From positions 26,028,599 to 26,092,598 of the forward strand of contig NC_057749.1 in NCBI RefSeq assembly GCF_004010195.1: 64,000 nt of DNA. Reading direction: 5' to 3'. Both the position numbers and the translations under genes were made by a program. Origin of the DNA: Chiloscyllium plagiosum. Lineage: Eukaryota. The notes below the pieces were generated by a model that saw nothing but the letters and a program-made list of their open reading frames with translations, was not told the DNA's origin and searched no databases. Below are positions 48,140 to 62,052 of the stretch, piece after piece (position 1 is the first letter of the stretch; every line of letters begins with the position of its first letter).

Positions 48140-49384
48140 CTTGGTTGACGAGAGAGGTTGAATGTCTGGTAAAGAGGAAGAAGGAGGCTTACATAAGGTT
48201 GAGGAAACAGGATTCAGACAGAGAGGCAGCAGTGCTAACCACTGAGCCACTGTGCTGCTCGATATCACCCTACTTTGCAAATCAGACATCTAGCCAACTT
48301 TTAAGGCCCTGATCTTAGCAGTTGATCTGCCTTAGCTGCCATACCATTCCAAAGCCCTTGGATAGAAAGGGAGGATTAAACCAGACTCTGGAGAGTTGTG
48401 TGGAATTTAGCCTCAAGATGTTGAGGCAGAAATTGTACTTGAGTCTTGAAGACTAGATAAGGAAGGTGGACAAAAGCAAAATGGGAGGCGGAATGTTGGA
48501 ACAGTGTGTTTGGAAGATAAATACTGGCATGGACTAATTGGGTCAAATGAAAGGAAAATATGCATTTGTATGGTGCCCTTTTAATGACCGATGGTCATCC
48601 CAAAATGATTTAAAGCCAACCGATTACTTTTGAAGAGCGGTTGCTGTTGTTTTTGCATACCAATGTTGTTCTCCCACCCCAGCTCCCCTGCTACAGCTTG
48701 TCTTAGTCCCTTTGACTGCATCTTGGAATGTGGGACCGTGTTCAAATTATGACTGAAATCAGTCAGTGAGCAATAGTCTCTGTATTCAGCAATCACAGCA
48801 CAAGTTCAAGCTGACCATAGAATCCTGAAATACGGTTCTTACAAGAGTCCCTTTATACACAGTTCTTACATACATTAATATCTCATTACGATAGTGTAAC
48901 TTTTTAAAAATCTATAGTACACAAAGATTTGCAGAGCTTCAGAACTGGGAGACAGAAGGTGGGTTAAAATGTACTAAATGCTAGCTGCTACTTTGTATGG
49001 GATGTCTGTCTGGTCTGCTTGCATAATTGGGAAGTGTTAGCCCTTTTGTCTTTGAAATTAGTAAATGTTAGTAAAAATACTAAACAGACAGGCAGGAGGC
49101 TGGAAGAACACAGCAGACCAGGCAGCATCAGGAGATGGAGAAGTTGATGTTTCAGGTGTAACCCTTCTTCACTAGGCCTTTCTGCTCTAAATAAGTTAGA
49201 AATTGTAATAAAAGATTAAAGGATATTAAACTGATTTCTGCAGCTGTGAGGTGAGATTTATTTACTATTTGCTGGTATGAGTTTCATTCATTCATGCAAT
49301 TTCATGTAAGCACTGTTTTGTCCGTTAATTTCTTAAAGGGATAATGGCCCATTTAAAAGGTATTTAACAGGTACTTAATCAGGA

Positions 49385-49580
49385 GTGTGGTGCTGGAAAA
49401 GCACAGCAGGTCAGGCAGCATCCGAGAAGCAGGAAAATGTATGTTTCGAGCCAAAGCCCTTCATCAGGAAACTTTTGTTTTTTGCCCAAAACATCGATTC
49501 TCCTGTTCCTCAGATGCTGCCTGACCTGCTGTGCTTTCCCAGCATCACACTCTCTCCAGCATCTGCAGTCCTCACTTTTG
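49385..49580. mobile_element. Fold-back PLE family A-related remnant (another arm at ~49990-50062)
   Basis: GTGTGGTGCTGGAAAAGCACAGCAGGTCAGGCAGCATC and inverted GATGCTGCCTGACCTGCTGTGCTTTCCCAGCATCACAC. Confidence 0.75.
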
Positions 49581-52500
49581 CTGAGATACGTAATCTGTTC
49601 AGGTGCAGGAGATGGTTAGTAAGGGCTGGTTAATATTGTAATGTTTCGTGGAGACTTGATGGGGATGGTATTGTTCTGTATGCTGATAAGGTGTGGAAAT
49701 GCAGTCATGGGTTTGAAAGGGTTGCTTTTAAATTTGGATATTACAGAATTGCGGCTTGATGAAAGAATTAATGAAACCGTGTCATAATCAATAACAGGTT
49801 AGTAAAGGGTTATGAATAAACAAATGGGAACCAGGTCTTAATGAATATAGCAAGCTGGAGAGTGAGTTAATAAAGATAGCCTAAAATACAATATGTCACA
49901 AGAATAGCCAAGACAGAGGCCAGCCATTCAGTTCAGAGACAGCCCTTCCCTGCAGATACACCTCCAGGGGGTGCTCTTTGTGTGGAGACTGTGGTGCTGG
50001 AAAAGCACAGCAGGTCAGGCAGCACCCGAGGAGCAGGAAAGTCAGCAAAAGCCCTTCATCAGCTCTTTGTGTGGCCCACCACAAGAAACCATACCTGCCT
50101 AATCACGGCATGCCTGAATGGAGGTTGTAGAGAAGGTGGGTGATGGTGGGATCTTCCAAAGCCTCTGGCCACTGCCGCAAGAAGCCCGTTGGACGTGCAG
50201 CAAAAATTAGGGGAATGTATCTTGGAGGTGCCATCTTTGTGCATGAAGAATTAACATGCGCTGTATGTTCTCCCTTGCCTGAGCGATATCAGCACGTGGT
50301 TTTACCCATTGTAACTTCTGGGTTCAACATACAACCCATATTGTTTCTGGACTGCATTCTGTTGCTGTCATCGTGGGCTCCATACAACAATGGCTGGCTG
50401 CAAGGGAATGAAATACCTGCTGTTCCCTCAAGGTCCCCCTCCCTTCAGGGAGGTTTCTGAATTGCATTTCTGGTTCTTTCTCTCAGGGTACCACCAGGGT
50501 GAACACTCCCTCATCACTCGCTCTGCTATAGCTTGCAGTAGAGGAGGAGCAGAATTCTCTGTACCTCATGGACTAGCCTCTTCAAGGTCTCAGATCATCA
50601 GAGGATACCTGCCACAATCATTGCAGGTACACTGAGCAGACTGTCACCACCTCAGCTAGCAATGTCAGGATTGCACAGACCATAGTGGGTGTAGGCAAAA
50701 CCTCCTCTCACTTTGCTTTTTCCCCTCCTGCCCCCCCCCCCCCCACCCATGCAACCTCACTCAATGCAACAAGTTCCTGTTGAAGACTTCCACATGCCCT
50801 GACCCTGACCACTTTCCTTCCTCAAGTACCGCTTGCTCCCATTGTAGTTGTTGACGCACCCACCTCTCCCCCCGACTTCTCAATCATTCTTGCTGCTGTT
50901 GCCCATCCTTTCAATGGATGTGGAGTGAGAAACTTTCGATAAACGTACATTCAAGAGTTGCAAATGCATAGAAAAAACAAATCTGCCACCAGATCAGGCA
51001 AGGCCAGTCTGGCCCCTACATCGTAGCAAATTTAATCTTAATCCGTCATCACACATCAAGACATTGCAGTAATGGGGTCATTAATTGCCCTGCCTGTCAT
51101 GTTTCCCCATGACAGCTACATTTCATTTCACCCATTAGACCAAATAGCCTCCATCTATAATGAAACAGTATCAGTGAATGCACTCAATATGATCTGCAGA
51201 GTAGATGGGTAATAGCTTCTTTCATTGCTTCTCTCCCAGCTTATCCATAAACATCCAACATTGATGTATAACTGTCTACATCCCTACTTGGTAAGCCAGA
51301 AAATCCCTGAGTTTTTAATCCACCTAAAGGTCAGTGTAACCCACAGTACTTGAATTCCAAAGTAATGCATGATTCTGTTTTGAGATGTTAAGCAAAATAT
51401 GCTATCAATCAATTTATGGAACAAAAACTATTGAACAGAAATTGTTCAAGGATTGACTAAGACAGATATAACGGAGGCCAGATCAACCATAACGATGCCT
51501 TTGAAACTTGCAGATGTTCTTTGGAAGTCATAGAGAAGGTATTAAGGGCATCTTCAACATTGCAGACCTGGTCGTAGATTGACTGACCTATTTACCATTT
51601 CCAATCTGTAGTCCTCAAAGATCTCTACATCCACCCCTCTCTGACCTCTTGCGGACCCTTCGTCTTTGCCCCTTCCTCATTGATGACCATGCCTTCACTG
51701 CATGTGCTCTAGGCTTTGGAATTCCCTCCTAAACCACTCTACCTCCCTTTGTTTTAATCCCCTTCAAATGTTCTTCTTTGACCAATATCTCCTGATGCAA
51801 CAGGGTCAGATTTTGTTTGGTTGTCCATCCTGTGAAGCACCTTGTATGGCTTTATCAAGTTAAAGATACACTTTCTTTAACTTGTTTCTTCATAGAATGG
51901 GGCATTTCTAGCAAGGCCAGTATTTACCTCCCATCCCTAATGGACTGCACCTTGACTAGCTTGCTAGACCATTTTGGGGGTGCAGTTAAAAAAAATTACA
52001 TTACCATGGGTCAGGAGTCACATGTAGGTCACACCAGCTAAATGTGGCAGATTTCCTTCCATTAAGGGACATTATTAAAGCAGCATGAGTTTTTATGACA
52101 ATCAAAGATTGCTACATGGTCATGATTACTGAAGCTAACTTTCAATTCCACAATTTAATAATTGAATCTTTATATTCCTTCAGATACCATGGTGAGATTT
52201 TGAACCTGTGTCTCCAAAGCATCATTTGATTACCATTCATGATATCATCATTATTATGTCACCATCTCTGAGTCAAGTGGAACCTTTCAAAATGTTAAGT
52301 TGTTGCTTTGGAGTTAAAGAAGTGCTTTTTTGAACATAGTGTAGTAATATGACCAACGTTGGCCATTCCGTACCTGCTCTGCCAATTGTGATCCTATTGT
52401 GGCCTCAAATCCATATCTCTGCCTATACCCAATATCCTTCAACTCTGCGGTTACTCAAGAATTTATCCACCCGCCTTCATTTTTTTTCCTCTTCATTCAT

Positions 52501-52845
52501 AGGCTATGGGCCATCTCAGACTAGGTCAACATTTACATATCATCTCTAATTGCCCAGAAGGCACTTTAGGAGTCAACCACATTCAGTGACATATCCACAC
52601 TACTCTCTGAGAAAGAGAATTCCAAAGACTCATGACCCTGAGGGAAAATTTCTCATCATCTCCACCCTAAATCCTAATATGTAAACTGTGACCTCTGGTT
52701 CTTGTCTTTTCCACAAGAATATTCACCCCATCTCGTGTCCTCAGGATCTCATATCTTTCAATAAGGTCACCTCCCATTCTTTGAGGCTCCAATGGGCATA
52801 GGCCAGCCTTTCCGATTGTTCCTTGATGATAACCTCCACAACCAT

Positions 52846-53180
52846 GGGCAGCATGATAGCTCAGTGGTTAGCTCTGCTGCCTCACAGCATCAGGGACCTG
52901 GGTTTGATTCTAGTCTGTGTGGAGTTTGTACATTTTCCCCATGTCTGCCCAGGTTTCCTCCAGGTGCTCTGGTTAACTCCCACAGTCCAAAGATGAGCAG
53001 GTTAGGTGAATTGGCCATGCTAAATTGCCCATAGTGTTCAGAGATGTGTAAGATTAGGTGCATTAGTCAAGGGAAATGTAAAGTAACAGGGTAGGGGAAT
53101 GGGTCTGGGTGGGATACTCTTTGGTATGGACTTGTGGGGTCAATAATGGTCTGTTTCCACACTGTAGGGATTCTATGATT
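52846..53180 (+). mobile_element. HE1-type V-SINE
   Basis: Head GGGCAGCATGATAGCTCAGTGGTTAGC, V-domain, GGGATTCTATGA tail. Confidence 0.85.
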
Positions 53181-53662
53181 TCTCTGAACCCAAGAAATGT
53201 GTGCAGCCAGTGAATTTCTGCTTGTTGATTTCATTAGATTAAGACTTCCAAGCCGTACATTGTGATTTCCAGAGAAATACCTACTTCTTGGGAAGTCTCT
53301 ATTGCAGATCCTCTCCTCCAGGGATTTATGAGCACATTGGGAAAGCTTGTCTTTCCATTGGTTTCAACCACCCTCCTCAATCTAGTCGCAGGAGGAAGCA
53401 AGTTGATTTAAAGCATGTTCCACATTACTGAAGAAGTTGTGTCCTGGCCAGAAATGAGCAGCTGAATCACCCCAGAAGGATGTAGTTTTGGGGTCACAAT
53501 CCAGTGATGATTGGAAGGATCAGGAAAAGGCCATGCCCTAGTGGTTGGACAGTGAGTTGTCAAATTCCCCAAAAGGCAAAATAAAGAAAATCTTCCATTT
53601 GGTAGAAATTAGCAGCTGCTGGGACATCTCACACACAATAAAATCTGACCAACTTTCAGTCA

Positions 53663-53790
53663 GGTTCTGAGGAAGGGTCACTCGACCCAAAACATTAACT
53701 CTCCACAGATGCTGCCAGACCTGCTGAAATTTTCCAGCAGTTTCTGGTTTTGTTTCTGATTTACAGTGTCCGCAGTTCTGTTGGCTTTTT
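53663..53790 (+). mobile_element. PLE terminal repeat (family E) with decayed hammerhead
   Basis: GGTT-CTGAGGA-A-GGGTC(actc)GACCC-aAAACATT-AACT, then CTCCACAGATGCTGCCAGACCTGCTG. Confidence 0.6.
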
Positions 53791-54177
53791 TTTTCCAGTC
53801 AGCTATTACCTGTTCAAATTATAGAATTCAAGTTGACTGTTCAGGCTATAATAGAGGTACACATAGCATAGGATAATCGAGAGTTGGGGGGCTGTGAGAC
53901 TGTCTGAGTGGCCCTTGCTGACAGCTAGCACAGATACAAAGGGTTGAATGCCCTCTATCTGTGCTGTATTCATTATATGATTCCATACTATGTAATAATG
54001 AGTCAATAAGAAATTCCAATGTAGGTATGTTCTTATCTAAACCTGTTCAAAGATGTTATTATGCACCTCTGAAGCAGGGGAAACTTGAATACAGGCCTCC
54101 TGACTCAGAAATACGGATACTACCACTAGACCACAAGAGTCATAAAAGTGTAACTATTTTTTAGAAAAATCAAACTG

Positions 54178-54470
54178 GGTAGCGCAGTGACACAATGGTT
54201 AGCACTGCTACCTCACAACGCCAAGGTCCTGGGTTCAATTCCAGCCTTGCGTGACTGTCTGTGTGGAGTTTGCATGTTGTCCCTGTGTCTGCGTGGGTTT
54301 CCCCCACGTGCTCTGGTTTCCTTCCACAAAGATGTGCAGGTTAGGTGCATTGGCCATGGGAAATGCAGGATCATAGGGTAGGGGTGGTGGGTCTGGGTGG
54401 AATGCTCTTCAGAGAGTCAGTGAGGACTCAATGGGTGGAATGGCCAGGTTCCACACTGTAGAGATTCTCT
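54178..54470 (+). mobile_element. HE1-type V-SINE
   Basis: Head, GGAGTTTGCATG V-domain, CCACACTGTAGAGATTC tail. Confidence 0.82.
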
Positions 54471-55032
54471 GAAAATGGTTGGATGTGTCACAGCATATCT
54501 CAGGGACAAGTGAGACTTGAACTTAGAGCCACTCGGCTCAGATGTATGGACGCTACCACAGCACCACAAGAGTTGTGGATGTGTAGCTCTCTTTTAATAA
54601 CAACACACCTGGTTGGACATGTAACAGCACACCTGTCGGACAGGTGGGATTTGAACCTGGACCTCCTGGCTCAGAAATAGGGATGCTACTATTACACCAC
54701 AAGATATCTAATGACATCATCCCACTATAATCTTGGTTAAATTAATGGCCTACATGCTGTGAAAAAGATGCTGAATAACCATGGAGGTCTTCCTCAGATA
54801 TTGCCAAACCTGAAGAAATGGAAATACAAGGGAAAAGGTTAGGGAGTTTTAAAGATCTATTCAAACAGAACAGGTTACGGGGTAATGTAAAAGTGTCGTA
54901 ATTATTTAGTCCATGGTCTATATTAATATTTTCAGAGAGAACTCTTTGTTCTGTGGAGATTACATTTGCAGGTGTGGAGCCATTATAATGCCGGCCTTGA
55001 GAAATTGGGTTAAGAACACCTCAAATAGTCAC

Positions 55033-55151
55033 GATGTGGAGGAGCTGGAGTTGGACTGGGGTGGACAAAGTTAAAAATCACACAAAACCAGGTTATAATC
55101 CAACAGGTTATTTGGAAGCACTAGCTTTCAGAGCGCTGCTCCTTTGTCAGG
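55033..55151 (-). mobile_element. PLE family B terminal repeat with ~12-bp TSD
   Basis: TCAAATAGTCAC (55021) and TCAAATAGTTAC (55152) flank ...GTTAAAAATCACAC...GGAAGCACTAGCTTTCAGAGCGCTGCTCC. Confidence 0.72.
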
Positions 55152-55794
55152 TCAAATAGTTACAGTTCAAAGGGCTCTGTGTGTACCAGCAAGGCCAGAA
55201 TTAGGAGAGTGAAAGCTAGAAAAACAGCAAGAGGCCTTCTCTGTGATGGGAGACTGTAGACGGTGAGTCTGAGGAGGATATCCTCAACTTCATTCGACAT
55301 TTCAATTATCATCAAACCTCAGAGTCGAAAGGTTTGATAGCCTGAAGTTTATTAACCTAAAAAGAAAAGCAGACATCTGTTGTCCAAGAGATGAGATGAG
55401 GGTGGAGCCTTGGTTGAATTTTGGCAAGTTGTCGCAGAATCACTGAGTTCTTACTATACAAAAGGAGGCCATTCAGCCCTATATGTCTGAACTTGCACTT
55501 TGAATGAACACTGTTTAATGCCATTACTTCTGCTTTCTCCCAATAATCCTGAATATTCTTACAATTTAAATGATCATCTAATATCTTCTTGAATACCTCA
55601 ACTGAATCTAACTGCATTCCAATTCTAGGCAGTGCAATCTAACTGTTTCCTGGCTCAAAAACTGTTTCCGTGCCCTCTCATTCTCATCCCTTTTATGACA
55701 AGGAATAGTCTCTCACTGTCTACACTTTCATGCTGTTGGAAACTTTCATCAAATCTCCTCATAACTTTCTTCTCTCCAAAAATAACAGTCCATA

Positions 55795-56237
55795 CATAGA
55801 ATCCCTAAGGTGCAGCAAGAGGCCATTCAGCCCATCCAGTTTGTACCAACGCTCCAAAGAGCATCCCACCGAGACCCACTTCTGCAACCTCACATAAAAA
55901 ACATAGCTAACAAGACAATTTAGCATGGCCAAACTACCTAAAATGTGCTGTTGATCATAGAATCAGTGTGGAAGCAGGCCATTTGGCCCATCACATCCAC
56001 AGTAACAGTCCAAAGAGCATCCCACTCTGCCTCACCCCCCTCTCTATCCCTGTAACCCTGCAGTTAGCACGGCCAATCCACCTAACCTGCACATCTTTGG
56101 ACTGTGGGAGGAAACCAGAGCACCCAGCAGAAACAGGAAGAAAGTGCAAACTCCATGCAAACACTCACCCGAAGCTGGAATCAAACCCAGGTCCTTGGCC
56201 GTGTGAGGCAGCAGGGCTAACCACTGAGCCACCCATG
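55795..56237 (-). mobile_element. Two tandem HE1-type SINE pieces
   Basis: Two CATAGAATC tails (55795, ~55957) and one head ending CCACTGAGCCACC. Confidence 0.75.
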
Positions 56238-56645
56238 CCCAATCTATTTGCATAGCTGCGGTTTCTTATCCCTGGGACCATTCTTGTAAACTTCTGCTGC
56301 ACTCTCTCCAATGTATTCATATTCTTACTGAAGTCTGTAACCCTCAAAAGGTTGGATTTTTAAGTCTGAGGTTTATTAACCTAAAAATCTATCAGACATC
56401 TATTGCCATTGAAATGAGTAATTCAGGGTAAAGCCTTGGTTGAATTTTGGCAGTTTTGTATGTAATATTCCAGCTGAGGTCTAACCAGTGTCTTATACAA
56501 GTTGGCATAACCTGCTTGCCCGTTTAGCCTATACCCTATTCATAAAGTCTAGAATATTGTATGCTTTGTTAATTGCTCAGTCAACCTGTCCCTTTAATGA
56601 CTTATCACCTGGGTCTCTGCATTCCTGCACACAGTATAGATTAAC

Positions 56646-57224
56646 ACTGCTTACAAAAGCCCAACAACATCTCTTCTTCCTCAGGCAGCTGAGAAAATTT
56701 GGTATGATGGCGAATGCCCTTGCCAACTTGTATAGGTGCGCCATGGAGAGCATTCTGTCTGGATGTATCACTACCTGGTATGGCAACTGTACCATTCAAG
56801 ATCGGAGACGGTTACAGAGAGTGGTGAACTCGGCCCGGACAATCATAAAGGCCAACCTCCCATCTATAGAATCCATCTACCAGGCCTGTTGTCAAGGAAA
56901 GGCCACCAGCATTCTCAAAGATCCATCCCACCCTGGCAATGTTTTTCTACAACCTCTACCATTGGGGAGAAGGTACAGAAGCCTGAACACACACACCAGC
57001 CGGTTTTGAAACAGTTTCTAACCTACTGTTGTTAGAATACTGAATGGACTCTCAAGCTCTTAACATTCACCTGTACCTGTGTTTTTGTTTTTGCCTCTGT
57101 TTATCTATTATTTACTTATCTATCCTACTTAACTCTGTGATCTGCCTGTACTGCTTGCAAGACAAAGCTTTTCACTGTGCCTCGGTACACATGACAATAA
57201 AATAAATTAAACTCAATTCAATTC
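56646..57224 (+). mobile_element. Rex1/Babar-clade LINE 3' end
   Basis: KAQQHLFFLRQLRKFG...LYRCAMESILSGCITTWYGNCT...LQRVV...ILKDPSHPG...LPLGRRYRSL; AATAAA plus (CAATT) tail. Confidence 0.85.
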
Positions 57225-57407
57225 CTTATTTTATATTGCAACACTATGTTCTTTCAACCAAAACTTACCCTTCTTCTGCATTCATCATGCAACACATCCT
57301 GAGCAACAGTGTGAAATCCTCAGGTTCAGCTTTAAGCCCATAGAACAGTCAGTAGCAGGGAGCAGCTGAAGATTTGGGGAAAATCTCGTGATAATCCTCA
57401 ACAAGAG

Positions 57408-57754
57408 TTGGCATAGTGGTTCACTGCTTAGTACTGCTACTTCACAGCGTCAGGGACCCAAGTTCGTTCCCACACTCAGTCTTTATGGAGTTTGCACATT
57501 CTCCCCGTGTCTGCATGGGTTTCCTCTGGGTGCCCAGGATTCCTCCCACTGTCCAATGATGTACAGGTAGGTAGGTTGGCCATGCTAAATTGCCCATTGT
57601 ACCCTGGAATATGCAGGCTAGGTGAATTAGCCAAGGAAAATGCAGGGCTACAGGGATAGGGTAAGGGGAGTTTGTGCCAAATGGGATGATCTTTGGAGGA
57701 TCAGTGTGGACTTTAATGGGCTGAATAACCTGCTTCCACACTGGGGATTCTATG
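57408..57754 (+). mobile_element. HE1-type V-SINE
   Basis: Degenerate head, GGAGTTTGCACATTCTCCCCGTGTCTG, GGGATTCTATGA tail. Confidence 0.8.
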
Positions 57755-57853
57755 AAAAAATAATACCTAGTTTCAGATCTAGTAAGAGAGACTATGCAAA
57801 TGAACAGTTAACAATGCCATGGAGAAGAAGAATTGTTAATTCTGAAGGAGAGT

Positions 57854-58205
57854 AGTCATACAGCATGAAAACAGACCCTTTGGTCCAACCCATCCATGTT
57901 GATTAGGTATCCTAATCTGAACTAGACTCATTTATCTGCATTTCGCCCATTTCCCTCAAATGTTTTCCTGTCTGAATACCTTTTAAACGTTGAAATTGTA
58001 TCTGCCTCCACCACTTCCTTTGGCAGCTCGTTCCATACACGCACCATTCACTGCATGAAAAAATTGCTCCTTAGGACCCTTTTAAATCTTGCCCCTCTCA
58101 CCCTAAACCCTATGCCCTCTAGTTCTGGGCTCCCTTGCCCTGAGGAAAAGACCTTGGCTATTCACCCAATCCATGCCCCTCATGATTTAATGAACTTCCA
58201 TAAGG
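57854..58205 (-). mobile_element. CR1 3' end
   Basis: AGTCATACAGCATGAAAACAGACCCTTTGGTCCAAC...CCCTCTAGTTCTGG...CCATGCCCCTCATGAT. Confidence 0.82.
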
Positions 58206-58777
58206 TTCCAGTTTGGTGCTGATTGAATAGAGACTCTTTAAGTAAAGCTTAAAATTCCTGATGGACCAGGAAACTTTAAAATGGAGCAATAATCCAGACT
58301 GGAATGGTGTGTTCAGCAAGCAAAGGAAGAGTGAGAGTAGCTGAGCTAAAGGTCAGAGGGGTTTTTTGAAAGGTGCAATTGTGTCTGCCTTCACCATACT
58401 TTTAGTCAGTGAAAATTATCCAGTCAACACTCAATGAGAACCCAGTCACACGTTGGTTACTATGTGAACAAATACCAGTGTTCACTAAAGAATGACGTTG
58501 CCTTGGGAGCAAGGGGTCAGCATCCATGTCAACCATCAAGTACGAGCGTGTGAATCCTGGGAGTTTCCTACTTCAGATTTCTCACTGTCTTCCAAGGACA
58601 ATTGATAATAATTATAGTTTTCACTAGTTGTTACGATAAATACTGTACTTTTCTTAACCTTGTTCTGCTCTGCCCTTGTTAGAAAATGGTTGTGAAGTAA
58701 ATAATAAGGGGAAATAAAAATCATGAATTTAGCTTTTCTTGACCAAAAATAGGAAGGAAAACAGTAACAGTCCTGCC

Positions 58778-58803
58778 TGTGTGTGTGTGAGAGAGAGAGA
58801 GAG

Positions 58804-58852
<49 letters not shown>

Positions 58853-58870
58853 AACACAGAGAGACAGAGA
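58778..58870. repeat. (GT)n(GA)n compound microsatellite
   Basis: Direct reading. Confidence 0.93.
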
Positions 58871-60780
58871 CTTAAAAGATAACATTGGTCAAATTCCAGA
58901 GACCCTGATAAAGAGACAAAGAATAACAGTAGTGCCTTGAATCCCAGACATGATAGATAGGCACCCAAGGACAGCAGAATATCTTCGTGTATTCAAGCAC
59001 TGGTGTTGGAAAGTTTGAAAAAAAATAAACTGATAAGGTTTCAGGCATAGGAAAACAGATGGGGATGAGGGCAGGCAAGTGATTACACGGCACAGTGTTG
59101 TAACTGGACAGGATAAATTATTACAAGTTGCCAATTTGGTTAAATCCAGTCTCTACGGCTGTGCTGTGTGGAGAAAGTATATAAAAAAACTTTCTGAGCA
59201 GTAAAACGTGTATTGATAATGGTCCCAGAGCTTTGAGTTGTCTGGCAGACAAACCCTGGTAGAAAACCATTTTGGCGAAGGAAATCATGTGCATGATGCC
59301 AGTAGATGTTTAACCATCCAGGCTAGCCACATGGACACTGAATTACTAACCAGAGTGTAACAGGCAAGACAATGTGTCTTGCTACTGTTGCTCATAGAAT
59401 GTTGAATCTTGCTTACACTGAATAAAGTACAACCCCTGCCTATGATATAGATCCATGCAAAAGCATTCTCCATTAAGGTCAGTCAAAAGAAAACCCAACA
59501 CCAGTTATCTTCATTCATTCACTCTTTCCCAAAGGCCTGTTTCTCCTTCAAGTGCTCGTCTAATTAATTTCAAGGGATACTCAGCTATTTCTCCTATCCT
59601 CTTTTCTGAGAATTCAGCCATTGACTTCCATTGGATTGTGTATGCTTATAGATAAAGTAAGCAATGGTTTGTTTGAGGGTACTATTGAGCCAATAATTTG
59701 GGTTTGATTCCCACAGCAGCTGAGGTTACTATAAAGGACCATCCTTTGCAACCTTGCCTGAGGCATGGTTACCCTCAAGATAAACCACCCTCAGTTGTCT
59801 CCTCCCTAATGAGAGAGTAGCTCATGGTCGCTATTAAATATGTATCCAATGAGGCAGTACATTCCAAATTCTAACAACTCATTGAAAAAAATAATTCTCC
59901 TTATCACCTCTGGTTCCTTGCCAATCACCCTCAATCTTTGTCCTCTGGTTATGGACCCTTCAACCACTGAAAACATTTTCTCTTTATGTACTGTACCTAA
60001 ATCTTTATATTTCAATACCTTCCAAGATATTACCTTTGTCTCACCCCTTCTGCAAGCAGTAGCCCATACTTCAGGCAGATCGGGCAGGCAATGCAATCAT
60101 CTGTTACCTCCATCAATAGTCCTACCTCAGACAGAGACATGTGAGGGACCACATATTTTCACATTCTGATCTATAAACTGGAAAGAAAATCAGACTTTGC
60201 TATACAGCTAAAATATCAGCAGACGTATGCAGCTTGAAAATCAAATGATACACATTTCAATTGGGACGAGTGCAAGGATAATCAGGGCTCATTAATCAGC
60301 AAGCTATCACAAATGTGTAAATATCCAACATAAACCATCAAGGTGATCCATTTACAAGGACAAAAATAATTTACACCAGGTTTCATGATTAATAGGAAAA
60401 TAATTTTATTTATTACAAACACACTACTTCTTGAGCAAATAAAAGAAAAAGATAAAGGATTACTAATCTATCACGATACAACTTGAACTTTACTCCCTTA
60501 AACTATCAATGCACACACACATTCACAAAAAAGACAGACAAAAGGCAGACATATTAGTAGATTAAATGTAGGAAAATATAGACAGGGAAAGCAAAACTTT
60601 GTTGATCAAAAGTCCAGAGTGTGAAGTGAAAGATTATTTCTCATAGTTCCTTTTGATTTCAGCAGTGATGGCGCACTGTTGACTGCTGAACGATGTTCAA
60701 TCTTTGATTTAGTAGTTGATCAGGTAGACCTAGGTCTTTATTTGTATTAACATTATTTTTATAAACTTCTTGCTTTTCAT

Positions 60781-61130
60781 CATAGAATCCCTACTGTGTG
60801 GAAACAGGCCATTTGGCCCAACAAATCTACACTAACCCTCCAAAGAATAACCTACCCAGACCCATTCCCCAACTCTATTACTCTACATTTACCCCTGATT
60901 CATGCACTTAACCTACACATCCCTAAGCACTATGGGGCAATTTAGCATGGCCATTTCACCTAACCTGTACCCCTTTGGATTATGGGAGGAAACTGGAGAA
61001 CCCAGAGGAAACCCACACAGACACAGGGATAAGGTACAAACTCCACACAGACAGTAGCCTGTGGCTGGAATAAAACCCAGGTCTCTGGTGCTGTGAGGCA
61101 GCAATACTAGCCACTGAGCCACCATGCAGC
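60781..61130 (-). mobile_element. HE1-type V-SINE
   Basis: CATAGAATCCCTAC...CCACTGAGCCACCATGCAGCCC. Confidence 0.85.
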
Positions 61131-61654
61131 CCTTTTGTTTGACTTGCACTCACATAAAAATAAGGCAGAGAGATATTTCCTATTTGTTATCTCTGGACAT
61201 CCCTAGCTGCCCTCCTCCTACAAGTTTGTAGCAAACTACAGCTTGACCAATCCAAGGGCTGTTGCCAGACAGTTTCTCTTCAATTTAAGAAGTCCTGGCA
61301 CCTCTCTGCCTCGATAAAGTAAGAACCTCACTGCTCTGAAATCACAGTAGTCCCGAAGAGTTAGAATATACCGCAATTGACTTTTAAGTCACTCAATACT
61401 CCTAGTATTTCAGCCATATAACAGTATCCAGGTTCCAATCCAGTTTATAATCTAAAATGAAAAAAAAAATGGTATTCCTGAACATTCTGAACAGTCATGT
61501 TCAGAGTTCAACAATGGAATTAATCACATCCAGGCTTTGAATGCTGATAGTCTGATTCCCCAACTGTCCCAAGCAAGCTAAAATAGACAGTGACTCAAAG
61601 AAGGAATTTTGTCAGATTCTTGGGTTTGAAGTGTGTATCTTGTGACTGAAGACA

Positions 61655-62052
61655 TCGGAGGCTGAGGGGTGCCTTAGAGAGGTTCACAAAATTATGAGGG
61701 GCAATGATAGGGTAAATAGGCAAAGTTTTTTCCCTGGGGTCGGGGAGTCGGGAACTAGAGGACATAGGTTTAGGGTGAGAGGGGAAAGATATAAAAGAGA
61801 CCTAAGGGGCAACTTTTTCACACAGAGGGTGGTGTGTGTATGGAATGAGCTGCCGGAGGAAGTGGTGGAGGCTGGTACAATTGCAACATTTAAGAGGCAT
61901 TTGGATGTATATATGAATAGGAAGGGTTTCGAGGGATATGGGCTGGGTGCTGGCAGGTGGGACTAGATTGGGTTGGGATATCTGGTCGGCATGGACAGGT
62001 TGGACCAAAGGGTCTGTTTCCATGCTGTACATCTCTATGACTCTATGACTCT
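61655..62052 (+). mobile_element. CR1 (HER1-like) 3' end
   Basis: GHRFRVRGERYKRDLRGNFFTQRVVCVWNELPEEVVEAG; CTCTATGACTCTATGACTCTA tail. Confidence 0.9.

Noticed and set aside
50060..50700. Faint Harbinger-transposase-like words (NGWLQGNE; RIAQTIVG)
   Set aside because: Catalytic DDE motifs not recoverable; needs tblastn/HMM evidence
60340..61512. Possible old Gypsy-type solo LTR on the minus strand around the 60781 SINE
   Set aside because: Could not define TG/CA termini or a TSD
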